64,000 nt of DNA from an uncultured Clostridia bacterium (lineage in GTDB: Bacteria > Bacillota > Clostridia > Christensenellales > UBA1242): positions 422 to 64,421 of the forward strand of contig CALVJJ010000001.1 in assembly GCA_944332185.1 (NCBI GenBank), given 5' to 3'. The position numbers and the translations under genes are program-made. Shown one piece after another: positions 22,598 through 30,839 of this stretch; positions within the stretch are counted from its first letter, which is position 1; each line of letters begins with the position of its first letter. The notes below the pieces were generated by a model, which ran no database searches, was not told where the DNA came from, and saw nothing but the letters and a program-made list of their open reading frames with translations.

Positions 22598-23587
22598 TTA
22601 TTTTTCCTCTTTTGTTAAGTACTGCTCAAGATGTGTTAATTTTTCTTGATGCATTACATCAAAGATTTTGAATCTAGCAAAAAGAGGTATGATCACATAA
22701 CGATCAAAAGCAGTAATGCTTTTTTTGAAATTTTCTTTATAGTCTGGTGAAATTAAAATTTCTTGAATATGATCTTGTGTCGTAACAGATTTTAGTAAGA
22801 CATTGGTTTTTTTCAATTCTTCATAAATAGCACGTTTAATATCATTCATAGGAATGAATTGATACACAAATTCATCTTGTTTTTCCTCTTCTTTTTGATA
22901 GTAACTTGTATCTAGTACAGGATACCCTGCTGAAAAATCTACCTTAAGTTGCGAAATAATATTCAAAATCACGTTATAGTAATCGTCCATCTTTTTTTGA
23001 TAATCATCAGTAAAGTTGTCTTCTTTCATCAAATTTTCAAATTCTTCTTGTTGTTCTAAATTCAATGTCTCTTCTTTTTCTACCCCAAAACGATTGTGCA
23101 AAATATCAGCCAATTTTTCTTCATAAACTTCTTTTTTGACATCTTGTACAATACCCGTTTGGACTAAATGAATGGTAGATTGTATAAAAACACGTAAAAA
23201 ACTACGTTGCACATCTTCTTTTTGATATTCAGAAGTCCTAAAAATGCTATATTCTTCTTTCATATTTTTTAAGATTTCATTCGCACAACTATCTGTTACA
23301 TAAAAAGACATATCTTGTCCTGTAAAACTTACATTCAAACTCTGATGAAATAATTTGATCAGAGCAATAGACAAGAGTTGTTTTTCTTGATTCACCTTTT
23401 TATAAAAATCTAAATTGCGATAAATACTTAAAAATTCTTGACTTTCATTTTGCAACATAGATTTGATAGCTCTTTCATAATCCAGTGCTGATGCTTCTAC
23501 ATCATCATCTTGTAAAAAAGTCAAATTATCAATTTCCTCTAGATAATTTTTTGATTCCGTTTGTTTTTCGTTTTTATTTCCTTCCAT
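22598..23587 (-). CDS. 329-aa acidic cytoplasmic protein, unknown function
   Basis: ORF with no TM segment and no recognisable motif. It is translationally adjacent to the 1125-aa gene (12-nt gap). Confidence 0.65.
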   Translation of the reverse strand: MEGNKNEKQTESKNYLEEIDNLTFLQDDDVEASALDYERAIKSMLQNESQEFLSIYRNLDFYKKVNQEKQLLSIALIKLFHQSLNVSFTGQDMSFYVTDSCANEILKNMKEEYSIFRTSEYQKEDVQRSFLRVFIQSTIHLVQTGIVQDVKKEVYEEKLADILHNRFGVEKEETLNLEQQEEFENLMKEDNFTDDYQKKMDDYYNVILNIISQLKVDFSAGYPVLDTSYYQKEEEKQDEFVYQFIPMNDIKRAIYEELKKTNVLLKSVTTQDHIQEILISPDYKENFKKSITAFDRYVIIPLFARFKIFDVMHQEKLTHLEQYLTKEEK

Positions 23588-23742
23588 TCCTATTCTCCAT
23601 AACTTAGTATTCCCAGTAAACCTATATTTACATATACTATACCATAAATATATAAAAAAATCAATATGTATTGAGATATTTGTGGTTATAATATCCTACA
23701 GAAGAATGATCTTTTATCTTTTTTTACTACCATTTTTCACAT

Positions 23743-23771
23743 AAAAAAAGACGCATCAGCGTCTTTTTTTT
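23743..23771 (-). terminator. rho-independent terminator after the VirB4-like gene
   Basis: AGACGC-atca-GCGTCT (23749-23764) flanked by A7 and T8, 4 nt after the stop at 23775. Confidence 0.8.
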
Positions 23772-23774
23772 ACA

Positions 23775-26435
23775 TTACATTTCATCTTTAGAAAACAGTG
23801 CAATCACTGTTGGTAAGGCTTCTATTTGTACTAAAGTACGATTGGTAGGACTCGTAATCAAGAAACATTGTCCACGAGGAGAAGTCACAATTTGATCCTT
23901 CTCTTGATCGTTAATACCACCTGCATTTCGATACAAATTCAATAAGTCCGTTACATCATTTGGTGCCAAACCAAAAATCATAGAATATTGACAAGCATTG
24001 ATAACAGCCGTTGATTGACGAGCAATTTCCTCTGTTCCTACGAAGTCTTTAATATTTTGTGTAATAATGATTTGCATACCATGGTATTTACGAATACGTT
24101 TTGCCATGTTCGCCATAAAATCTAGTGCGATTGGATATTTTGGATTGATAAACACGTGCGCTTCATCAACGGCAATGATGATTCTTCTAAAGTCTTCTTC
24201 ATCATCATTATCCACATCAGCAAAATATTTTTTATTGAAGTCCATGTTTTTCATGATTTCATTATCTAGATACTTAAAAACCAACAACATTTGCGCATTC
24301 GTGATCACATCATTACGATTTCCAACCAAGTTACGGAAGTTAAAGCAAACAAAGTTTTCATTCGTAACGATACTTGTAGGGCCGTTCCAAAGATTGGCAT
24401 TTCTTCCACCAGTCGCGAATTTTTCAATATAAACTTTAATAACTTGTAAATTTTTTAATAAGTATTCATCTTTTACTGTCTCAATACTCATCTTAATGAC
24501 GTCCATCAAATCATCAAAGATTGGGAAATCTTCTGGTTGCAAACCTTCAATCGGTGTATTGGCATCAATACCTTTTTTAGCATAAGCTTGAATCACAAGT
24601 GAGTTTAAAATTTCAAAAGAGTCACTATTCATGCCTGGCAAAATCAATCTAAAGAATTGTTCTAGAAATTGCAAATGTCCATTGAAAGAATCATCCCCTT
24701 CCCCTTCTTCTTCCTTCAAGGAGGTAAAGATATGGAAAGGATTAAATATACCACTGCTACTATTCCCTACGTCAATATTTTTTCCACCCAAATGTTTACA
24801 AAGATATTCATATTCATTTTCTGGGTCCAGAATAAAGACACGTGTATTATCTGCCGCAAAATTCGTTAGTAAAGTTTTTGTTGCGTAAGATTTTCCACCA
24901 CCAGACTTTCCTATGATCATCATATTAGAGTTGGTATGACCTCCATCACGTTTGAAAAAGTTGACAAATACTGGATATTGATTATATCCCAAATAAAATC
25001 CTTTTTCATCATGAACAGCACTACTAATAAAAGGAAACATTGCCGCAATCGTAGAGGATTGAATACCTCTTTTACTGTAATTAAGTTTGTCCAATCTACT
25101 AGGACCTGATGAAATAAAAGCATCAACTTGTCTACCAAAATTTTCGCTATATCGATACCCTTGTTGTTTTAATTGTGCTCTTACTTCTTTTTTCTCACTT
25201 TCTTCTGCTACAATATGAAAATTCACATCGAATAGATTTTCATTCCCTGTTTTTAATCCTTCTAGCAAACCTAGTAATGTATCGTACTGGGTTTGGTACA
25301 TGATTTTATCCCCTTCTGTACCAGATTTTCTAAGTTTAATACTAATATCCATCAACGATTTGTTCAGCATTTTTTCTGCTTTGTATCTTACCATTGGCTC
25401 TAGATTCACCACAACCCTTGTTTTATCCAATTCAAACAAGCTATATGCCCATGCATTTGGCACTTGAATTGGGTATTCATAAATGGTAAATGTACGATAC
25501 TCCATACCATCAATTTTTGTAGTAGATGTCCCAAATCGTATTTCATCTGGTTTGGTCCATTTCATCTTATCGTCCATATTCAAGATGTTGAGATCTCTTT
25601 CATCAAACTCAGAATTATAATTGGATTTTAAAAATACATAGAGTTGATCTCCTTCCACAACATCGCTATAGACTGGCACTTGCGATTGCTCCAACGCAGA
25701 TTTCATACCCATAATCGTTGTTTGAAGGCTATCTCTGTCTTTATCATACACAATAATATAATAATAATTTTTTAGTACTTTTTCTTTGTAGTTTAAAAGT
25801 TTTATGGCACTCAATCTTTCTTCGAATACCGGACCACGTCTTTCTACTTCTTCTGGATCATATAGTCCTTTATCTGCCATATCTAGCAAAGTATTGTACT
25901 TATAATCTTCAAAATTCATTAGATTATCTAGAATCATTGGCTTTTTGACTTTAATAATACTTACTTTTTGATCCACATTGACTCTAGACAAAGCATTCGT
26001 CATGGCTTGAATGACACTTTCCTGTTTTTCTTCCTCTAGCAGTCCAAATTCGATAGGATCAATTTGGAGTACCATTCCATAGTATTCTCCATAAACAATG
26101 AATTTTTCAGTATTGATCCCTACATAAGGCAAAATTCGAGAGATATCTTGATTCTTATTCGTATATTTTTTCTTAAATACCTTAGAAAATGAAAAAAATC
26201 GAAACATCAAAATCACAGAATAATATAATTTTACATCATCAGTGACCGGAATAAAAAGCATAACCCAAAAACAGGTAAATGCGATACCAATATATATATG
26301 GTAAGGCAAATTACTAAAGAAGATAAATAATGCTGCTGCTACTCCCACAATAGCAAGAATAATATCCCCTAATGTAAAGTTACGGAATAATTCTAATTTC
26401 AATTTAGATTTTCTAGGAATAAATCTTTGTGCCAT
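23775..26435 (-). CDS. VirB4/TraE-type type IV secretion ATPase with fused N-terminal 2-TM (VirB3-like) segment
   Basis: Walker A MMIIGKSGGGKSYATK, then FILDPENEY. Walker B IIIAVDEAHVFINP. The N-terminus FTLGDIILAIVGVAAALFIFF...IYIGIAFTCFWVMLFIPV forms two helices. The ATG at 26435 follows GGAGG. The track ORF is 14 codons longer. Confidence 0.85.
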   Translation of the reverse strand: MAQRFIPRKSKLKLELFRNFTLGDIILAIVGVAAALFIFFSNLPYHIYIGIAFTCFWVMLFIPVTDDVKLYYSVILMFRFFSFSKVFKKKYTNKNQDISRILPYVGINTEKFIVYGEYYGMVLQIDPIEFGLLEEEKQESVIQAMTNALSRVNVDQKVSIIKVKKPMILDNLMNFEDYKYNTLLDMADKGLYDPEEVERRGPVFEERLSAIKLLNYKEKVLKNYYYIIVYDKDRDSLQTTIMGMKSALEQSQVPVYSDVVEGDQLYVFLKSNYNSEFDERDLNILNMDDKMKWTKPDEIRFGTSTTKIDGMEYRTFTIYEYPIQVPNAWAYSLFELDKTRVVVNLEPMVRYKAEKMLNKSLMDISIKLRKSGTEGDKIMYQTQYDTLLGLLEGLKTGNENLFDVNFHIVAEESEKKEVRAQLKQQGYRYSENFGRQVDAFISSGPSRLDKLNYSKRGIQSSTIAAMFPFISSAVHDEKGFYLGYNQYPVFVNFFKRDGGHTNSNMMIIGKSGGGKSYATKTLLTNFAADNTRVFILDPENEYEYLCKHLGGKNIDVGNSSSGIFNPFHIFTSLKEEEGEGDDSFNGHLQFLEQFFRLILPGMNSDSFEILNSLVIQAYAKKGIDANTPIEGLQPEDFPIFDDLMDVIKMSIETVKDEYLLKNLQVIKVYIEKFATGGRNANLWNGPTSIVTNENFVCFNFRNLVGNRNDVITNAQMLLVFKYLDNEIMKNMDFNKKYFADVDNDDEEDFRRIIIAVDEAHVFINPKYPIALDFMANMAKRIRKYHGMQIIITQNIKDFVGTEEIARQSTAVINACQYSMIFGLAPNDVTDLLNLYRNAGGINDQEKDQIVTSPRGQCFLITSPTNRTLVQIEALPTVIALFSKDEM

Positions 26436-26575
26436 ATTAACTCCTTCCTTTACCATAGTATGTGTGATTCTATCCAAAATTACTATGGTCTATCGTATGT
26501 TTTCCATGATTATACATAAGCACAAACACTCTTATGGTATTGTTCCGTATTGTGCTTTCTTTTTACTATAGCTTC

Positions 26576-26604
26576 AGTATAACAAAATTGACAAAAAAAG
26601 ACAA
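26576..26604 (-). promoter_or_regulatory. candidate promoter for the VirB4-like gene
   Basis: Minus strand reads TTGTCT (26604-26599), a 17-nt spacer, then TATACT (26581-26576), just downstream of the preceding terminator. Confidence 0.4.
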
Positions 26605-26620
26605 ATCATTTTAGAAAAAA

Positions 26621-26649
26621 GCATAAAAAAGAAGGGATAGATTCCCTTC
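26621..26649 (-). terminator. rho-independent terminator after the 879-aa membrane protein gene
   Basis: GAAGGGA-tagat-TCCCTTC (26631-26649), followed on the minus strand by a U-run. It abuts the stop at 26652. Confidence 0.8.
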
Positions 26650-26651
26650 TT

Positions 26652-29291
26652 TTATTTTTTATTTTTTGTATCTTGATTTGCATTATTCATAGAGGATTTC
26701 ATACCCTTCAATTCCCCTAACATCTGTTCCAACAAACTTTGAGTCTTCTCTTCCCCTTTAAGAGATTTAGCAATTTTTTCAGTAGATGCATCCATACTTT
26801 CTCGTACACTAGAAGATATAGCAGAAGCTAATTGATTGATAGACTCTGTGCTAATGTTTGCATCTTTAGCCCCTATTGCCATACCCAAAGCTCCTGCCAT
26901 GGCAGCTGGATTTACCTCCAATCCACCTTTTCCATCAGCCTTTAAAGCATCGGTTATAGATTTTTCAAACGTTTTATCATCCATTTCCAAATATTGTTTT
27001 GCAGCATTTAGTTTTTCTGTCCTTTCTGTAGAATTCATATTTTGAATAGTTGCATCATCAATGTTAAACATAGCTTTCATAACTTCATTTGGATTTAAGA
27101 TATGAGTATCCTTATACTCTTGTTTTACTGTTTGTTTTACATGTTCGATATCTTGATTTTGTTTACTTGTTTCCTTTTGATAAGCATTCTTAAAATGTGT
27201 TGGGTTTCCATAGTTGAATCCAAGATCTTCCATGTCTTTTTTGAATTGATCTTGACCTTTTGCATACTCTCCCTTGCTATTGATATTTTTGAAGATCTCC
27301 TGCATTTTATTCTTTCTTGCCTGTGCAGTCTGTACTCTATTATCTTGTTCAACCATTTCATCTGATAATTCATCATCTGCACCAATGTATTGTTTCTTTC
27401 TGTTATTTTTTTGTGCGACCATCTTTTCAATAGTATCTATTTTAGCCAATTCACTACTCGTGTTATTTTTCATATTGCCCAACATTTTCCCCGCTGGTCC
27501 ACCACCAATAAATTTTGTAAATTGACCAAGACCAGCATTATCCATTCCACCTTTTAGCGCACTAAAACCAGTTGATGCCAAATTAAGTAAAGATTGTCTT
27601 TTTAATAATCCTTTTTCTTGAGCACTTTCTCCATATAACAAGTTTTTACCAGCATTACTAATTGATGATACTTTATTTTTTACTGTAGAAAATTTCTTTC
27701 CCACCGATTGTCCTACTTTAGAAGTTTTAATTGCGTTTCCTAATTTCCCACCTAGTGAACCTGTTCTTGTTCCTATAGCTCCTTGTAATCCCATTTTTGT
27801 AGCAGCTACTGCACCACCTGTCAAGGCCACAGCCCCTACAGCAAGACCAGCCTTTGTTGCTTTCTTGGCCATATCACTGCCACCACTATATACATCATCT
27901 CCGCCAACAAAGTCAGATATCATCTTAATAAAGTCTTTCATCATAAATAATGCCACAATACTCATAAGAGCATGAATTAAAGAGTTTCCTGACCGACCTG
28001 TGACTGTAGATGGATCGAATAGATTGATATTATTCGTCACAGATATGATTTTAAAAGCAAGATTGAGAGCCAAGACTACACCATAAGCACCTAAGGCTTG
28101 TTTAATAAATTGAGTTTTCCAATTTCCAAAAGCTTTGTGATTGTCTAATGGTCCCATCGCAATAATTGGAGCACTGACCAAGAACAACATGGTACATTTA
28201 TAGAGTCTCATAATGAGGCCAAAAGCCGATGTATACATGATATATAGCACCATAGCCATTCCACCGAGCAGGACTATGTAGTTGATACTACTAAGTTGAT
28301 AATAGATAGCTACCATTGGAGCATTTGTCCAACTTAATTGGGTAAAACTAGCATTTCCATCTACTCCCCCAATAGCTCCACTAATCAAATTGGCAATCAT
28401 GGAAGTCTGTCCACCAAGTAATACGCTTGTCAGTCCATTTGCAACAGCGTGAGCATCAACAGCAGCATAAGCATCTATATCAATCGTTTTGCTTAATGCA
28501 AATCCGTTATCAATAGCAGCTGCAATTTCCTCTAAAGACCAAGATGTATCATACAAATCACCCTGCATAGAATATAACGGTTCTTTATATTTCTCATCGC
28601 CAGCAATATTAATAGGAGAAAAGATCATATTCATAGCAGTAACCAAAGCATTGGCGACCGTACCGATTGCATCTGATACAGAATTGTTACTAGCATTACT
28701 ATCTTCCATGAGACGAATTCTATTCGCCCCATAAGCAGAAGCTGAGAAAACTTGTCCGCTAATAGCTACATCTTTAGATCCTGTAGCCCTATCTAAAATA
28801 CGAAGTAAGGTATTACACCCCATGACACCAATCACAGTTACTACAGGTGTTACTGCAAAGAAAGCAATAGATTTTACAGCAGTACCGAGAATACCTCCTT
28901 TGGTATTGTTTGCTTTTTCGGTATTGTATTCATTACGAATAATAGCAACGATAGACATAATAATAACCAAAACAAAAGCTACTGCAATCATCACTAAGAA
29001 AGATTTCCAAATCACATTAGAGGTGATCAATGTAAAAATAGGATCCTGATACGTTACTGGACTACCATCGACATAAGTAACACCCAAACCAGCAAGAGAA
29101 CGAAATACCCCTTGGAAAAAGTCTGCCAATGCACCCAAAACTGCAGCAACAGAAAACATGATTGCACCAAATATCAAATTAAATAAGTTAATGAGTGCTA
29201 TAAATATTGCAGCAAAGACTTCATTGATAATATTCAGTGCCCAACTAAAAATTCCTTCTAGTATTCCTAAATTCATGATAGAAAATGTCAT
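26652..29291 (-). CDS. 879-aa polytopic membrane protein in the VirB6/TrbL position, with a long soluble C-terminal tail
   Basis: About 10-12 hydrophobic helices in the first ~470 aa. These are followed by a Gly/Ala-rich segment (GGSDMAKKATKAGLAVGAVALTGGAVAATKMGLQGAIGTRTGSLGGKLG) and a ~350-aa charged tail. RBS GAGGTGA. The gene sits directly upstream of the VirB4-like gene. Confidence 0.6.
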   Translation of the reverse strand: MTFSIMNLGILEGIFSWALNIINEVFAAIFIALINLFNLIFGAIMFSVAAVLGALADFFQGVFRSLAGLGVTYVDGSPVTYQDPIFTLITSNVIWKSFLVMIAVAFVLVIIMSIVAIIRNEYNTEKANNTKGGILGTAVKSIAFFAVTPVVTVIGVMGCNTLLRILDRATGSKDVAISGQVFSASAYGANRIRLMEDSNASNNSVSDAIGTVANALVTAMNMIFSPINIAGDEKYKEPLYSMQGDLYDTSWSLEEIAAAIDNGFALSKTIDIDAYAAVDAHAVANGLTSVLLGGQTSMIANLISGAIGGVDGNASFTQLSWTNAPMVAIYYQLSSINYIVLLGGMAMVLYIMYTSAFGLIMRLYKCTMLFLVSAPIIAMGPLDNHKAFGNWKTQFIKQALGAYGVVLALNLAFKIISVTNNINLFDPSTVTGRSGNSLIHALMSIVALFMMKDFIKMISDFVGGDDVYSGGSDMAKKATKAGLAVGAVALTGGAVAATKMGLQGAIGTRTGSLGGKLGNAIKTSKVGQSVGKKFSTVKNKVSSISNAGKNLLYGESAQEKGLLKRQSLLNLASTGFSALKGGMDNAGLGQFTKFIGGGPAGKMLGNMKNNTSSELAKIDTIEKMVAQKNNRKKQYIGADDELSDEMVEQDNRVQTAQARKNKMQEIFKNINSKGEYAKGQDQFKKDMEDLGFNYGNPTHFKNAYQKETSKQNQDIEHVKQTVKQEYKDTHILNPNEVMKAMFNIDDATIQNMNSTERTEKLNAAKQYLEMDDKTFEKSITDALKADGKGGLEVNPAAMAGALGMAIGAKDANISTESINQLASAISSSVRESMDASTEKIAKSLKGEEKTQSLLEQMLGELKGMKSSMNNANQDTKNKK

Positions 29292-29384
29292 ACATCACCT
29301 CATTATATTATTAAGTCTACTTATTGTCATGTGGATTAAAAACAAATTACTACAACAATATTATACCTAATTTTAACATAATTA

Positions 29385-29471
29385 CTATAAGAAAGCAATG
29401 ATACACAACAAATTTTTACATTTATTTTCTTTATATGACAAATTTATTTTTCCATTAAGATACTTACTCAT
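29385..29471 (-). CDS. speculative 28-codon small ORF in the leader region of the 879-aa gene
   Basis: AGGGGAG, then 4 nt, then ATG. The product is MSKYLNGKINLSYKENKCKNLLCIIAFL. The ATG lies inside the second copy of a 14-bp direct repeat. It could be a chance ORF. Confidence 0.2.
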   Translation of the reverse strand: MSKYLNGKINLSYKENKCKNLLCIIAFL

Positions 29472-29502
29472 CTTGCTCCCCTAGAGACACTTACTCATCT
29501 TG
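29462..29502. repeat. 14-bp perfect direct repeat (two copies, 27 bp start to start)
   Basis: ACTTACTCATCTTG at 29462-29475 and at 29489-29502, each preceded by GA-Y. It lies 170-210 bp upstream of the 879-aa gene start. Confidence 0.9.
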
Positions 29503-29764
29503 TTTTATGTTTTAGTTTTATAAAGTCTGTTTTCTACAGTACTTTATGATATATCACACAATGCTTTTGTCTAGCGAACCATAAAAAATCTCATCATTCA
29601 GCATGTCTTTATTGTATTATAGTATGCTACTTTGTAGCCATTCCCGTTACTCATATCTATACCATCAAGACATACTAACTTGTCAAAATATATCATATAT
29701 TATCTTATCAAGTTGCATTTTAATAAAATTTATGTATCAACCAAACTCAAATTTTGTTTAGACA

Positions 29765-29796
29765 TAAAAAAAGAGTAGTTGTATACTCTTTTTTTA
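29765..29796 (-). terminator. rho-independent terminator downstream of pilin-like gene A
   Basis: AAGAGTA-gttgta-TACTCTT (29771-29790) flanked by A7 and T7. It lies ~155 nt after the stop at 29950. Confidence 0.75.
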
Positions 29797-29949
29797 GGTA
29801 TTTAACGTGTAAGATCACCCTAGCGTATCATTGTATCAATATGTAATTTGATAGATCGTATTTGCGGAGCTTATGCACGAATCATTTTGATACAGTTTGA
29901 CTTTTTGTACTCGTATCCGTACACTACTCTTTCTATCGTTTTTGCCACA

Positions 29950-30432
29950 TTATACATTATTCGTGGTGTCGCCATAATAGCCTAAGAATGTGAGAATTGG
30001 ATCAATATTCGTAGTGACTATCTTTAAGAGAGACATTAAGAGAATGACAGCCACGATCCCAATTAAGAAATTTCGCATTCTTTTTTTTGCTTGTTCTCGT
30101 GCATCTGCGCCATCAGCTTTGGCAAGCATGACTCCTAAAAATATAGCATAAATAGATCCAAAACCTAGAAGAGCCAAAATAACAGGCACTAAAAACTTAT
30201 CTATTTCAGTCAAAATTTCTGCCAAATCATTTGATTGTTGTTGAGATGGAGGTACCAATTCTTCACTGGATTCTCCCTCAGCAGCAACCACTTGTGTTTG
30301 AACGGTGGTATCCTGTACACCAGCTTTTGCTAATGCCGAAGAATATATGGTATCACTGATAGTGACGCCTATTACCACCAAAGCGACTATCATCATAAAA
30401 CATACAAACAGTTTTTTCCCACTCTGTTTCAT
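29950..30432 (-). CDS. VirB2/TrbC-like pilin-like hairpin membrane protein (paralog A, 160 aa)
   Basis: The ATG at 30432 follows AGGGAG plus 6 nt. It has an N-terminal signal or TM segment (KKLFVCFMMIVALVVIGV). The C-terminal TM-loop-TM is FLVPVILALLGFGSIYAIFLGVMLAKADGADAREQAKKRMRNFLIGIVAVILLMSLL. It is a clear paralog of 33591-33974. Confidence 0.6.
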   Translation of the reverse strand: MKQSGKKLFVCFMMIVALVVIGVTISDTIYSSALAKAGVQDTTVQTQVVAAEGESSEELVPPSQQQSNDLAEILTEIDKFLVPVILALLGFGSIYAIFLGVMLAKADGADAREQAKKRMRNFLIGIVAVILLMSLLKIVTTNIDPILTFLGYYGDTTNNV

Positions 30433-30531
30433 AAATATCTCCCTTAAAACTTTTTTAAGAAGCAAATATCATTGCATCATATTACATTTCATACGAATCA
30501 AGTACATTGTATCGTTAACAATCTTAGTCTT

Positions 30532-30560
30532 ATTATACGATAAAAATAAAATTTACGCAA
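30532..30560 (-). promoter_or_regulatory. sigma-A-like promoter for pilin-like gene A
   Basis: Minus strand reads TTGCGT (30560-30555), a 17-nt spacer, then TATAAT (30537-30532). Confidence 0.55.
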
Positions 30561-30839
30561 TAAGATACATCAATTTTTTTATTTTATTGAATAGCTTACT
30601 TTTAAGTTTCTTTCCCTTCCTATCCTTCTATTTGACATTCCCTATCAAAACCATTGTAGTAGTCAGTGTTTTTTCATAAGGGATATGATGACTATATACT
30701 TATCTTTTTACTATACCCACCTTTTCATTCTTACATTTTTACATCTTGTAATTACAAAATTTTTACTCTTTTACTATAATGTTATAACCATACTTTAAGA
30801 TAAAATTGTGCACGAGTTGATCTGCTATTGATGATTTCT

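Noticed and set aside
26436-26477. N-terminal extensions in the ORF track. These are 26436-26477 (VirB4-like), 33468-33527 (YfhO), 30433-30465 (pilin A), 48516-48593 (spoIIR), 45854-45880 (Rho-like), 52564-52596 (greA) and 18936-18971 (TTG start).
   Set aside because: In each case an internal ATG has a well-spaced Shine-Dalgarno sequence and gives the expected N-terminus. The extensions run into terminators or promoters or begin at GTG/TTG. I therefore trimmed them.
24067-29370. Assorted 66-121-aa ORFs on both strands inside the VirB4-like and 879-aa genes, including same-strand alternative frames 24920-25138 and 27137-27430.
   Set aside because: All are nested in long intact genes that have clear motifs or TM architecture. 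None has an RBS or a motif.
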